From Candidatus Nomurabacteria bacterium (GTDB taxonomy: Bacteria; Patescibacteriota; Minisyncoccia; Phycocordibacterales; UBA9973): 47,496 nt of DNA. Both the position numbers and the translations under genes were made by a program. The notes beneath the pieces are model-generated. The model saw only the letters and a list, made by a program, of their open reading frames with translations. It searched no databases and was not told the origin of the DNA. Shown here piece after piece: positions 10,067 through 19,924 of this stretch. Numbering within the stretch: position 1 is the stretch's first letter; the number at the start of each line of letters is the position of its first letter. The DNA lies in NCBI GenBank assembly GCA_943354645.1, contig CALRCO010000001.1:1-47496 (forward strand). The letters run 5' to 3'.

Positions 10067-10549
10067 ATGCCAGAAATTAAAGAAGTAATTTTTGAAAAAT
10101 CGTCTCGCCCTATTCTTTTTTCAAAAGCATTAGGTCTGGAGTATATGTTCACCAATAAAGTATTTGCTGATTTAAACTCGTCTAATACTCAGATTGAATC
10201 AGCAATTAAAGTGTTGACAGACTCAGGACTCAAAGTGGCACTTTCAGGAAATTTTTCATTTCCTGAATTAACAAATGCTCAAAAAGCAGTGATTAAATGT
10301 ATTTATAATCACCTTGATCAGACATTAGATGCTCTTGTTGCTATCTGTAATGAAGAAAAGAGAGTTACCGACATTGTAGTCATGGATTTGTTAAAGTTAA
10401 AGAAAATACTTGAATTACCGGTAACTTATAAATTAGTAGATACCGCAGGTCAAACGGTTTCATTAACAAAACTCGGGATAGAGTATGTAAAAGTTACATA
10501 CGAACATTACCGACAACAAGTATTGGAATTTGAAAAAGAAGCAGAATGA
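10067..10549 (+). CDS. Orphan hypothetical protein
   Basis: ORF; ATG 10067 follows promoter TTGCAC(10005)-16-TACAGT(10027); terminator at 10554-10584. Confidence 0.65.
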   Translation: MPEIKEVIFEKSSRPILFSKALGLEYMFTNKVFADLNSSNTQIESAIKVLTDSGLKVALSGNFSFPELTNAQKAVIKCIYNHLDQTLDALVAICNEEKRVTDIVVMDLLKLKKILELPVTYKLVDTAGQTVSLTKLGIEYVKVTYEHYRQQVLEFEKEAE

Positions 10550-10567
10550 AAACAAAAAGCCTCGCAA

Positions 10568-10972
10568 TTAATGCGAGGCTTTTTTAATACCATCTTTGAT
10601 TTGCGCGAGGTAGACTTCCGCCTCACCTTCGTTGTAGATTTTTTGGGAAATAATATCTACACGATCACTGAGATGCCGAGGGATGAGATGAATGTGAAAA
10701 TGGGGAACATCTTTGCCTACAACAGTGAGTTGTACATAGTCGCATTTAAGTCCGGCAATCATTGCTTTCATAAGTGATTTTGCTTTGATAAACATTTTAC
10801 TGACAAGTTCATCGGGCACATCTTGCATCCAGGCTATTGGTTCTCGTGCCACGAGTAATAAATGTCCCATAGCAACAGGGTGAATATCAAGGAATGCTAT
10901 TGTAGCCTCGTCTTCATAGGCGATGTGCGCAGGTAATTCACGGTTAATAATTTTGGTGAAAATAGTGTCCAT
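10568..10972 (-). CDS. HIT family nucleotide-binding hydrolase
   Basis: MDTIFTKII, AFLDIHP..GHLL, VPHFHIHLIPR; start follows TGGTACACT. Confidence 0.93.
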   Translation of the reverse strand: MDTIFTKIINRELPAHIAYEDEATIAFLDIHPVAMGHLLLVAREPIAWMQDVPDELVSKMFIKAKSLMKAMIAGLKCDYVQLTVVGKDVPHFHIHLIPRHLSDRVDIISQKIYNEGEAEVYLAQIKDGIKKASH

Positions 10973-11061
10973 GACATATAGTGTACCATAACTAAGAACC
11001 ATGCTTTATTATAAAAAATAAGGTATCCACTAAATGGATACCTTATGTATTACTTTCTCGA

Positions 11062-11361
11062 TCACTTTCTGTTATTTAGTTTAAAATCTCTCAGATATGT
11101 TTCAAATGTTTGCATATTAAGTTCCCTTGGCCTCGTGAAGAATTTTATGAAACCTGTTTCCTCAGTAATCTTTAGTATTTTTATACTATGTTTCTTAATA
11201 AAAGCATTTACAGCAGATCGTAATTCTTCAGTTTCATAAGAATCATGAATTTTTTTCTTGTCGCAAATTGCTTTTAATATTGAATCCTGTAATTCTTTTA
11301 GTTCTTTTTGCCCCTTTTGATTATCTTCGAAAGCGGTTCTTTTAGCGTCTCTGTTGTTCAT
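11062..11361 (-). CDS. Orphan hypothetical protein
   Basis: ORF with TTGACA-17-TAGGAT promoter (11408-11380) and hairpin 11018-11046 downstream. Confidence 0.6.
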   Translation of the reverse strand: MNNRDAKRTAFEDNQKGQKELKELQDSILKAICDKKKIHDSYETEELRSAVNAFIKKHSIKILKITEETGFIKFFTRPRELNMQTFETYLRDFKLNNRK

Positions 11362-11439
11362 CGTCAATTATTTTTTAATATCCTATTATATATATGAAAA
11401 AATGTCAAGTATATTTTTGAACGTGTTACAATGACTCTT

Positions 11440-13167
11440 ATGCGCTATGCGGAAATTATAGATAGAATACTTCTACGACGTGGTGTTACCGACAACAATC
11501 GCGAGGCATTTCTTAATCCTTCGTACAACAATCACGTGCACGATCCATTTCTGCTCCTGAATATGGAAAAAGTGGTTGAGCGGCTTGAAAAAGCAATCGC
11601 CAGCAATGAAAAAATAGTTATTTATAGCGATTACGACTGCGACGGCATCCCTGGCGCGGTTGTTGCCGTTGATTTCTTTAGAAAACTTGGTATACCTGTC
11701 GAATTTTACCCGCACACCAACCATGACGATGGCGCTCAGAGCGCCGATGGGACATCTTCGTCATGGTCTGGTGTTCGGGTGTATATTCCACATCGTCATG
11801 ACGAAGGGTATGGACTCCACATGGATGCAGTCGAAGGATTTGTAAAAAACGGCGTGACACTTTTAATTACGATTGACCTTGGCATTACCGCAATTGCCGA
11901 AACGGCGTATGCACAAAAAAATAATCTGGATGTGATCATCACGGACCACCATGAACCGCATGATGAATTACCACCAGCATTTGCAATTTTAAATCCAAAA
12001 CAAAAAGGAGATACATATCCATGGAAAGGACTTTGTGGTACGGGTGTGTTTTTTAAATTGGTCTGCGCGTATATCAAAAAATATGGCGAAGCGCGCAATA
12101 TTCCGGCAGGAAGTGAAAAATGGATGCTCGACATGGTCGGCCTCGCGACACTTGCCGATATGGTGCCACTCCAAGACGAGAATAGAGTGTTTGCAAAATT
12201 TGGCCTCATGGTACTCCGCAAAACGCGCCGACCTGGGCTTGTGTCACTCGCGCGTGCGATGCGGATGGACATGACCGAACTTACTGAAGATGATGTGACG
12301 TTCATGATTGCGCCACGATTAAATGCAGCGTCTCGCATGGAATCCCCGCAACTTGCATTTGAATTACTTTCAACCACTGACACAGTCCGTGCACGGGCAC
12401 TTGCAGAACAGCTCACTGCGATAAATGATTCTCGAAAAACTATTGTCGCCGGCATTATGAAGCATGTGCATGCAGATATGGAAAAGCGCGAAGTGAAAGA
12501 CGTGATTGTGGTGGGCAATCCGGATTGGCGCGTCGGCGTGCTCGGTCTTGTTGCAGGAAAGTTACTCGAACAATATGACAGACCCGTATTTGTCTGGGGT
12601 AAAGAAGGCGGAGATGTCATCAAAGGTTCTTGTCGCGGTAATGGCACGGTGCATGTCGTGGATTTGATGAAGGAGGCGGGGGATATATTTTTGGGCTATG
12701 GCGGGCACGAAGGCGCCGGCGGATTTTCAATAGACGAACAAGGTATCTTAGTGCTTGAAGAAAAACTTATTGAGGCTTATGGAAAAATAAAAAAAGAAAA
12801 AGGTGACACAGTAGACAAATTTGAGGAAGAAGCGACACTTGATTTGGTGTCGAAGGATTTTATCAGTGAATTATTGCAACTTGCACCATTTGGATTTGAA
12901 AACACAAAACCGATTTTTAAATTTTCCGGCATTACCGTTACCGACATGGTGCCATTTGGTAAAAAGAAAGAACATCTGACAGTGCACGTTGAGCAGAACG
13001 GCCAAAAGCGAAAAGCGTTTTCATTTTTCTTGACGGAAGATGCGTTACCGAAGCATGTCTCGGTGGGGAGTATAGTGACCGTGCTCGGTTCTATTGATAG
13101 GTCTGTGTTTATGGGGCGGGAGGAAATACGGATTCGGATTGTTGCATTTCCAGAGATAGAAAGATAA
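11440..13167 (+). CDS. recJ: Single-stranded-DNA exonuclease RecJ with a 25-aa insertion
   Basis: YSDYDCDG, IPHR.DEGYG, ITDHH, TLADMVPL, APRLNAASR, GSCR, GGH..AGG; start placed 7 nt after TGTTACAAT. Confidence 0.95.
   Translation: MRYAEIIDRILLRRGVTDNNREAFLNPSYNNHVHDPFLLLNMEKVVERLEKAIASNEKIVIYSDYDCDGIPGAVVAVDFFRKLGIPVEFYPHTNHDDGAQSADGTSSSWSGVRVYIPHRHDEGYGLHMDAVEGFVKNGVTLLITIDLGITAIAETAYAQKNNLDVIITDHHEPHDELPPAFAILNPKQKGDTYPWKGLCGTGVFFKLVCAYIKKYGEARNIPAGSEKWMLDMVGLATLADMVPLQDENRVFAKFGLMVLRKTRRPGLVSLARAMRMDMTELTEDDVTFMIAPRLNAASRMESPQLAFELLSTTDTVRARALAEQLTAINDSRKTIVAGIMKHVHADMEKREVKDVIVVGNPDWRVGVLGLVAGKLLEQYDRPVFVWGKEGGDVIKGSCRGNGTVHVVDLMKEAGDIFLGYGGHEGAGGFSIDEQGILVLEEKLIEAYGKIKKEKGDTVDKFEEEATLDLVSKDFISELLQLAPFGFENTKPIFKFSGITVTDMVPFGKKKEHLTVHVEQNGQKRKAFSFFLTEDALPKHVSVGSIVTVLGSIDRSVFMGREEIRIRIVAFPEIER
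11709..11779. mobile_element. 71-bp palindromic miniature element inserted in frame in recJ
   Basis: CCCGCACACCA/TGGTGTTCGGG termini plus ACCATGACGA/TCGTCATGGT inner inverted repeat; flanked by TTTA and TGTA. Confidence 0.75.
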
Positions 13168-13177
13168 GCTTCTACAT

Positions 13178-13930
13178 ATGAAACAAATCCGCATTTTTAC
13201 CGATGGCTCATCTCGTGGCAATCCAGGCCCATCTGGCTGGGGAGTCGTTGTCTTATATCCTTCCGGCAAAATCAATGAATACGGTGGCCGGGCTGATGTG
13301 GCAACCAATAACCAAATGGAACTTACGGCATGTCTTGAGGCGCTCCGTGCTGTCGAAATGAAACCAGAGGAGACAGATGAGATTGTTATGCATTTGGATT
13401 CCGCGTATGTGCTGGGCGGCGTAACCGGCTGGGTGTATTCGTGGGAGAAAAATGGATGGAAGACATCAACAGGTGAGCCGGTACAAAATCAAGAATTATG
13501 GAAAGCGATTGCGGCACTTATCTTTCGATTGAAAATGAAATACACGCTTGTGTGGGAAAAAGTGAAAGGCCACGTCGGCGTGTTTGGTAATGAGCGCGTG
13601 GATGCAATTGCGACGGCGTATGCGGATGGCACGGTGCCGCTCTTATATTCTGGCAGCAAAGAAAAATATGAGAAACTCTACAATAATTCACTAGAAAACA
13701 TGGAACATGTTGCACTTCCTGATAGAAAATCTCCACCAAAAAGCACAAAGCCAGCGTACTCGTATGTGTCCATGCTCGGCCCGATGATCGAAGTACACAA
13801 AACATGGGACGAATGTGAGAGTCGCGTCAAAGGAAAATCCGGTGCAAAATATAAAAAAGTATTTTCAAAAGAGGAAGAAGAGGAACTGATACAAGAATGG
13901 ACATTAATGTCGCTGCTTGGCGATAAATAA
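13178..13930 (+). CDS. rnhA: Ribonuclease HI with C-terminal hybrid-binding (viroplasmin-like) domain
   Basis: FTDGSSRGNPGPSGWG, TNNQMEL, DSAY, VKGH...NERVD; C-terminal TWDECESRVKGKSGAKYKK. Confidence 0.92.
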   Translation: MKQIRIFTDGSSRGNPGPSGWGVVVLYPSGKINEYGGRADVATNNQMELTACLEALRAVEMKPEETDEIVMHLDSAYVLGGVTGWVYSWEKNGWKTSTGEPVQNQELWKAIAALIFRLKMKYTLVWEKVKGHVGVFGNERVDAIATAYADGTVPLLYSGSKEKYEKLYNNSLENMEHVALPDRKSPPKSTKPAYSYVSMLGPMIEVHKTWDECESRVKGKSGAKYKKVFSKEEEEELIQEWTLMSLLGDK

Positions 13931-13941
13931 TTTCGTTCACT

Positions 13942-15357
13942 ATGGAATTTAAGAAACTTGATTATGCACTTGTTTCTTTTCTCGCAACTGTTGCATTACT
14001 TACGGCGCATGTAGCACTTTATCCGTATGTGGCAGGAATATTATTGATAGTGATTGCGCTCGCCGTAGTATTTTTCTTCAAGAAAAATACTACGGCGAGC
14101 GTTTTCTTGTTTTTATTTCTCGGTGGTGTTGCTGCGTTTCTATTTGTTGCACTGTTTGTGCATACTCCGAGTCCTACACTTGCGCCCACTTCGAAACAAA
14201 TTACTCTTAATGCAGTTGTCGATGATATTCCTGGTATAAGCAAAAGCGGTACACGATTTTCTGCAAAAGTTGGGAGTGATGAACTTCTTGTTTTCGGCCC
14301 GCAAACAGCACTTCATTATGGCGACATGATTACGATGCGGACAACGCTCGAACCGCCAAAACCATTTGATACGAATTTCGGCAAAAGTTTTGCCTATGAC
14401 GAATATTTAGCAAATCAGGGCGTGTATTTGATTGCTCGCGCGCAAGAAATAAAAATTACCGGTCATGCGCCGCCGTCAAAAATTCTTGAAATTCTTTTCA
14501 AATTTAAATCAAAACTCACCTCTATTATTCACCACTATCTCGGACAGGAAGAAGCGCAGTTGGCGGGCGGTATTGTCTTAGGTGATAAACAAAGTTTCAC
14601 TGATGAACTTCGCAACGCACTATCCGTGACGGGGACAAGTCATATTGTTGCACTCTCTGGATACAATGTGTCACTCTTAGCTGCGGCAATTGCATTTATG
14701 TTGCGTAAGCTAGGCAAACGCGCACGGGAAATTGGCGGTGTGCTCACGATTGTATTATTTGTCATCATGACAGGCGCGCAAATTACCGCAATTCGCGCGG
14801 GTATTATGGGAAGCTTAGTACTGTTTGCTGGTATCTTTGGTCGCGATTATATTTTTGTGCGGTCGCTACTACTCGCTGGAGTCGGGATGACGTTGTTTCA
14901 CTCGCGTATTATGTACGATCTCTCGTTTCAGCTTTCATTTTTAGCGACAATTGGCGTTGTTGTCCTTGCACCGAAACTCACGTTTATTCGTACGAAAGTT
15001 AAATGGATTACTGAGGCAATACAACTTACTCTTGCGGCAAGTGTCATGGTTGTTCCTATCATTGCATACAAAATCGGCGTATTCTCACTTGTTTCATTTC
15101 CAATAAATATTTTAATTGCGCCATTGGTACCGCTTGTAATGTTTTTGACACTCCCGGTATTTATATTGGGATGGATTGGAACAATTTTTGTATTGCCGTT
15201 TGCCTATATGCTTTCATTTGCAACGAAGGTATTACTTTTTATTATTAAAACAGCAGCACTTATTCCATTGGCAGCATTGCCGGTGACAATTCCGTTTTGG
15301 GTTGTGGCACTTTATTATATTCCGCTGTTTTGGTATTTATGTAGAAAAAGAAACTGA
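13942..15357 (+). CDS. comEC: ComEC/Rec2 membrane part (OB-like and Competence domains)
   Basis: GTSHIVALSGYNV, AIRAGIMG, DLSFQLSFLAT; many transmembrane segments. Confidence 0.92.
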   Translation: MEFKKLDYALVSFLATVALLTAHVALYPYVAGILLIVIALAVVFFFKKNTTASVFLFLFLGGVAAFLFVALFVHTPSPTLAPTSKQITLNAVVDDIPGISKSGTRFSAKVGSDELLVFGPQTALHYGDMITMRTTLEPPKPFDTNFGKSFAYDEYLANQGVYLIARAQEIKITGHAPPSKILEILFKFKSKLTSIIHHYLGQEEAQLAGGIVLGDKQSFTDELRNALSVTGTSHIVALSGYNVSLLAAAIAFMLRKLGKRAREIGGVLTIVLFVIMTGAQITAIRAGIMGSLVLFAGIFGRDYIFVRSLLLAGVGMTLFHSRIMYDLSFQLSFLATIGVVVLAPKLTFIRTKVKWITEAIQLTLAASVMVVPIIAYKIGVFSLVSFPINILIAPLVPLVMFLTLPVFILGWIGTIFVLPFAYMLSFATKVLLFIIKTAALIPLAALPVTIPFWVVALYYIPLFWYLCRKRN

Positions 15358-15404
15358 TGTGTTTATTTTTTATTAAAAGCGCACCTTGTGGTGCGCTTTT
15401 AATT

Positions 15405-16001
15405 TTATTTTGTCGCTTCTGTAAAATTTTTCTCTGCAACACTCCAATTTATATTTTTGAAAAAATCCTCGACATATTGTTTTTTTCCAGAAGACCAATA
15501 ATCGCCGACATAGGCGTGCTCCCACATGTCGAGTGCAACTAGTTGTTTTGTATTTGCCAATTGTCCTAGATGTTGTTCATCAATCCATGCGTTTACAAGA
15601 GAATCTGTTTCCTTGTCATAACAGAGCATTGCCCAACCAATGCCGCGAGTGATAGCAATTGCTTTGAAGCGCATAAGCCACGCATCGAAGGAGCCAAATT
15701 GTTCGGAAATTTTTCTCCCTAAAGCGCTTTCAGGAGAAAGTATTTGAGGACCTCCTTCAAGAGATGAAAAATAACACTCGTGGTTTTTCATACCTCCCCA
15801 TTCGAATCCGAACCGTCGCTGTAGTTCACCAAGTTCGTATACATTTTTGTCTTCTTCTTTACTGAGTTCTACGATACGAGCAAGAATATGATTACTAAAT
15901 CGAACATAGCCTTCATAGAGCTTGAGATGCTCGTCAATATTCTTCTTTGAAATGCCGACAAGTTCTGGGATCGCGAACGTTTTTGCAGTGTAAGTTGTCA
16001 T
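15405..16001 (-). CDS. sod: Fe/Mn superoxide dismutase family protein
   Basis: GMKNHECYF, GIGWAML, LDMWEHAY; first ligand region EHLKLYEGYV differs from canonical HHxKHH. Confidence 0.88.
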   Translation of the reverse strand: MTTYTAKTFAIPELVGISKKNIDEHLKLYEGYVRFSNHILARIVELSKEEDKNVYELGELQRRFGFEWGGMKNHECYFSSLEGGPQILSPESALGRKISEQFGSFDAWLMRFKAIAITRGIGWAMLCYDKETDSLVNAWIDEQHLGQLANTKQLVALDMWEHAYVGDYWSSGKKQYVEDFFKNINWSVAEKNFTEATK

Positions 16002-16032
16002 AAGTAATTAAAGTAATTGAATAATAATTTTT

Positions 16033-16137
16033 TGTGTCATACCGGCGGAGGCCGGTATCCAGGTGGAACAGTTTAGCCTGGTTCCCGTATTGCGTTCGCG
16101 GTCCGCCGGTTGGCGGACGCTTGTACGGGATGACACA
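16033..16137. repeat. REP-like doublet (GTCAT...ATCCAGG family)
   Basis: TGTGTCATACCGGCGGAGGCCGGTATCCAGG ... CCTGGTTCCCGTA...TACGGGATGACACA. Confidence 0.75.
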
Positions 16138-16163
16138 AAAGGTTCGAATGATATGATTATATC

Positions 16164-17024
16164 ATGTTTTCAGTACGGATTCGGCTCATTATATTGGGTG
16201 TGGCAGTTATTTTTACTATCGTATTTGCACAATTATTACTTGGTCGCAAGCCGAGCGACACACTCAAAGTATCATTTCTCAATATTGGCCAAGGCGATGC
16301 TATTTATATCGAAGCCCCAAATAAACGGCAGGTGATTGTGGATGGTGGACCCAATGATGCACTCTCGGGCGAGCTTGCGAGCGTTGTCCCATTTGGCGAT
16401 ACCACAATCGATATGCTCATCGTGACGAATCCGGATACGGATCACTATCATGGATTTATCAATACGCTCGACAACTACAACATCGGCGCCGTTATCGTGC
16501 CGGGTACATTTTCAAAAACATCTACGTGGAAATTATTTACGGACAAAATAGATGCAAAAAATATTCCCGTGTATCTTGCGCATGCAGGACAGACCATCAT
16601 GCTCGATCCCGCACACAATGTTGGTATAAAAATATTGTTTCCCGATAGGAATGTGTCGTCATGGACAAGTAATGACGGTTCGATTATGAGTATCCTTACG
16701 TATGGTAAAAGCGCGGTCATGCTGACAGGGGATGCGACGGCGTATACGGAATCACTTATTTTAGATCGTGCGCGAGTATACGCGCACGACGAAACTATTT
16801 TGAAAGCAGGACATCATGGTTCGCGTACCTCGACGAGTCGTGCATTTGTATCGGCGCTTGCGCCAGAACTCGCGGTGGTTTCTGCTGGCGACCATAATTC
16901 GTATGGCCATCCGCACAAAGAAACACTCGACACATTCGCTTATTTTCATATTCCATATTTCTTGACGGCGCGTGATGGTCGAGTGACGTGTAGCAGTAAA
17001 GGATTTGCCTTTATGTGCGAGTGA
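16164..17024 (+). CDS. ComEC-like metallo-beta-lactamase-fold protein (separate C-terminal module)
   Basis: N-terminal TM; FLNIGQGDA, VDGGP, TNPDTDHY, LTGDA, KAGHHGSRTS, NSYGHPH. Confidence 0.9.
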   Translation: MFSVRIRLIILGVAVIFTIVFAQLLLGRKPSDTLKVSFLNIGQGDAIYIEAPNKRQVIVDGGPNDALSGELASVVPFGDTTIDMLIVTNPDTDHYHGFINTLDNYNIGAVIVPGTFSKTSTWKLFTDKIDAKNIPVYLAHAGQTIMLDPAHNVGIKILFPDRNVSSWTSNDGSIMSILTYGKSAVMLTGDATAYTESLILDRARVYAHDETILKAGHHGSRTSTSRAFVSALAPELAVVSAGDHNSYGHPHKETLDTFAYFHIPYFLTARDGRVTCSSKGFAFMCE

Positions 17025-17026
17025 AT

Positions 17027-17148
17027 GGTAGCAAGGGTAATGTAGCAAGTAGCAAGGGATACAAAACACAGGATTTGGCAAAGCCAAATCCTGTGTTTTG
17101 TATTTGTTCGGAACCTTGCTACTTGCTACCTGTTCCTTGCTACTTAAG
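17027..17148. repeat. GTAGCAA heptamer arms around a long central hairpin between convergent genes
   Basis: GTAGCAAG repeats left, CTTGCTAC repeats right; core CAAAACACAGGATTTGGC-AAA-GCCAAATCCTGTGTTTTG. Confidence 0.8.
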
Positions 17149-17385
17149 TACCCCTGCTTTCTTGAGTGTTGCGTACGCACCTTTCTTTTGGATTGTGCGG
17201 ATAGCTTCGGTAGAGATGACGAGATTCATACTCTTTTTAAGTTCAGGAATGTAGATTTTCTTCTTTTGGAGATTTGCGTATTTGCGTACTTTGCCGGTAG
17301 GGGTAAAGATAGTCGCACGAGTGCGGTTTGCGTACTTACCACCCATTTGGGATCCCTTTTTAGTTATTGCGCAGACGCGTGCCAT
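17140..17385 (-). CDS. rpmB: 50S ribosomal protein L28
   Basis: MARVCAITKK...ANLQKKKIYIPE...ISTEAIRTIQK. Confidence 0.9.
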   Translation of the reverse strand: MARVCAITKKGSQMGGKYANRTRATIFTPTGKVRKYANLQKKKIYIPELKKSMNLVISTEAIRTIQKKGAYATLKKAGVLK

Positions 17386-17445
17386 AAGTAGGGAAACTGT
17401 AGCATACCTTGATACTCTATGCAACTTCGCGTACTATTACTTACT

Positions 17446-18054
17446 ATGGATATCCTTGGTAGTATTTTTTATATAGTGATTCTCATTATGTCAGTCGTCA
17501 TCCACGAGGTGGCACATGGTTTTGCGGCACTCAAATATGGCGATGAGACAGCGCTCCACATGGGCAGACTTACCTTAAATCCGCTCAAACATATTGATAT
17601 CATGGGGTCAATTGTTATTCCGCTGGCGCTCATTCTTTCGGGTACAGGAATTGTCTTCGGCTGGGCAAAACCAGTACCGTACAATCCCAACAATCTTACA
17701 GATCGTCGCAAAGGTACACTCGCGGTTGCAAGTGCAGGTATTATTGTCAATTTGTGCGTCGCGGTCTTTTTCGGGCTCATTCTTCGATTTTTGCCAAGTG
17801 AATTTATTGCTGTTAGCGCAATCTTGCAGGCAGTTGTCTTTATAAACTTAGTGCTCGCTATTTTTAATCTTGTGCCAATTCCACCACTTGATGGATCAAA
17901 AATTCTTTTTTCACTGTTGCCTCCTCGTTTTGCGTATTACGAACAAATAATTGAACAGTATTCAATTGCATTTTTACTTATTTTTGTATTTTTTATTTGG
18001 CGATACGTTGCGCCGATCATTCAGATTTTGTATGCACTTATTGTTGGTAATTAA
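17446..18054 (+). CDS. Site-2 protease (peptidase M50)
   Basis: HEVAHG, GRLTLNPLKHID, FGWAKPVP, FNLVPIPPLDG; start follows TTGATA-17-TACTAT. Confidence 0.93.
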   Translation: MDILGSIFYIVILIMSVVIHEVAHGFAALKYGDETALHMGRLTLNPLKHIDIMGSIVIPLALILSGTGIVFGWAKPVPYNPNNLTDRRKGTLAVASAGIIVNLCVAVFFGLILRFLPSEFIAVSAILQAVVFINLVLAIFNLVPIPPLDGSKILFSLLPPRFAYYEQIIEQYSIAFLLIFVFFIWRYVAPIIQILYALIVGN

Positions 18055-18108
18055 ATTTTTCACGTATTTCACTTTTAAAAAAAGAAGGGTGGGGGTATAC
18101 TCATAGAT

Positions 18109-19887
18109 ATGATTGCTCGCATACAAAGAGCATTATTTCTCACTGCATTACTCGCGGTTGCTTTTTCTTTTAGCACAAATGTATTTGCAGCGACAGGCAC
18201 TATTAATGCATCATATAAATATGCAAAATTGTGTGGCAATGCAGATTGTTCTGTGTACACACAAATAAATTTTAAACCAACGCTCGGCACCGCAGTAAGT
18301 GTTACTGATTCGGCTATCACAGGAGAAATTTGGAGTGAAAAATTGGGATGGATAAATCTTAATCCAACGACGAGCGGTGTGCTCAATGACGGGACAGGAA
18401 CTCTCTCTGGATATGCATGGGGACAGCTTGCGAGTTGGATAAACTTTGCACCGACACACGGCGGCGTGACGATAAATAGCAGTGGTGAATTTGGTGGATG
18501 GGCATGGGTATCAGGGCCAAATGGGGGATGGATAAAATTTGATTGCACGGATGTTGATGCTTGCGTGAAAACAGACTGGCTGGGCACAGGTGGAGGAGCC
18601 GGAGCTGGAGCTGGAGCTGGAGGTGGCGGAAGTAGCACGTCAGGAAGTGGTAGCACAGGAAACCCTTCTACAAATCCAACTACTAACCCTACGACAAATC
18701 CATCTACAAATCCAACTACTAACCCTACGACAAATCCATCCACAAACCCACCTACAGACCCAACCAACCCTCCGAAAAATCCGACAAATCCACCAACAGA
18801 TCCTTCTGTAACACCACCAGCAAATACCTTTACGCAACAAATAGTCCAGCAAATTGCGAGTACATTTACTGAGACTGTTGCGATTCTTGGTGATGCCCTT
18901 ACCGGAATCCGTACTATCATGAATAAACCCGATGTGTCAGTTGCGGTAAAAGTCGCAACGACGATAGGTATGCTTGCCGGTGTCTCTGTTTCTGTTGCAT
19001 CACTCTTATTTGCATCTCCGTTTTCATTTTCTGAAATTGCCCTTATCCCAATGCGACTCTGGTCGCTCCTTCTTGGATTCCTTGGGTTCAAAAAACGTCG
19101 TCGTCCGTGGGGAACCGTATATGATGCAGTGACCAAACAGCCGATTGATCCAGTGGTTGTCGTGCTTCGTGATGATAAAGGGGAAGATGTGTCAACCTCT
19201 ATTACTGATCTTGATGGACGATATGGATTTTTGGTGCGCCCTGGTATGTACACGATTATTGCAAATCGTACCAACTACATTTTTCCTTCGAAGAAATTAT
19301 TTGGCAAAGACCGTGATGAATTATATTCCGATTTGTATTTTGGTGGTCCTATTATGGTGACCAAAGAAGGAGATGTTATTGGTAAAAATATTCCGCTTGA
19401 TCCAATAAAAGAAGACTGGAACGAACAGACCAAAGAATCCCAACACTTGATGAGCTTCTTCTCGCGCAAAGAAAAATGGCTTCGTCATGCAAGTGATGTA
19501 TTGTTTGCGTTTGGTTTTTCTGTGGCAACAATTGCTCTTATTGCTGCGCCAAATACGTATAACATAGTTGTATTTGTTGCATATTTATTCTTAGGAATGT
19601 TGCGACAATTTGGCCTTCGTCACATGGTGCCGCTCGGCGGGGTCATGTACAAAGATTCAGGGTTGCCTCTTCGATTTGCTATTGTGCGCATTTTTATTGC
19701 AGATACCAATTCAGAAACATTACATAAAATTACCGATAAGACAGGACGATTTTATTGCTTGATTCGCAATGGCCGCTACTACGCAACCATTGAAAAGAAA
19801 AAAGATGATGGTTCGTATGAAAAGATATTTACCTCACTTCCATTTGATGTCACGAAAGGATATATCAACACACTGTTTGAAGTGTAG
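18109..19887 (+). CDS. Membrane-anchored surface protein: GYAW/GWI repeat domain, Gly and Pro/Thr/Asn linker, TMs, carboxypeptidase-regulatory-like domains
   Basis: Signal peptide; SGYAWG..SWINF; (NPTT)n; WGTVYDAVTKQPID...TDLDGRYGFLV. Confidence 0.8.
   Translation: MIARIQRALFLTALLAVAFSFSTNVFAATGTINASYKYAKLCGNADCSVYTQINFKPTLGTAVSVTDSAITGEIWSEKLGWINLNPTTSGVLNDGTGTLSGYAWGQLASWINFAPTHGGVTINSSGEFGGWAWVSGPNGGWIKFDCTDVDACVKTDWLGTGGGAGAGAGAGGGGSSTSGSGSTGNPSTNPTTNPTTNPSTNPTTNPTTNPSTNPPTDPTNPPKNPTNPPTDPSVTPPANTFTQQIVQQIASTFTETVAILGDALTGIRTIMNKPDVSVAVKVATTIGMLAGVSVSVASLLFASPFSFSEIALIPMRLWSLLLGFLGFKKRRRPWGTVYDAVTKQPIDPVVVVLRDDKGEDVSTSITDLDGRYGFLVRPGMYTIIANRTNYIFPSKKLFGKDRDELYSDLYFGGPIMVTKEGDVIGKNIPLDPIKEDWNEQTKESQHLMSFFSRKEKWLRHASDVLFAFGFSVATIALIAAPNTYNIVVFVAYLFLGMLRQFGLRHMVPLGGVMYKDSGLPLRFAIVRIFIADTNSETLHKITDKTGRFYCLIRNGRYYATIEKKKDDGSYEKIFTSLPFDVTKGYINTLFEV
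18661..18800 (+). repeat. Coding tandem repeat (12-nt NPxT units, 36-nt superunit)
   Basis: TCTACAAATCCAACTACTAACCCTACGACAAATCCA occurs twice in tandem. Confidence 0.85.
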
Positions 19888-19924
19888 GACTTTACAAAAA
19901 CAATGAAAGGAATACACTTGGAAA

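Noticed and set aside
11796..12647. 283-aa minus-strand ORF and the many other short overlapping ORFs in the track
   Set aside because: Antisense or out-of-frame shadows of well-supported genes.
18075..19274. 399-aa minus-strand ORF
   Set aside because: Antisense shadow of the repeat-rich surface protein gene; no independent motifs.
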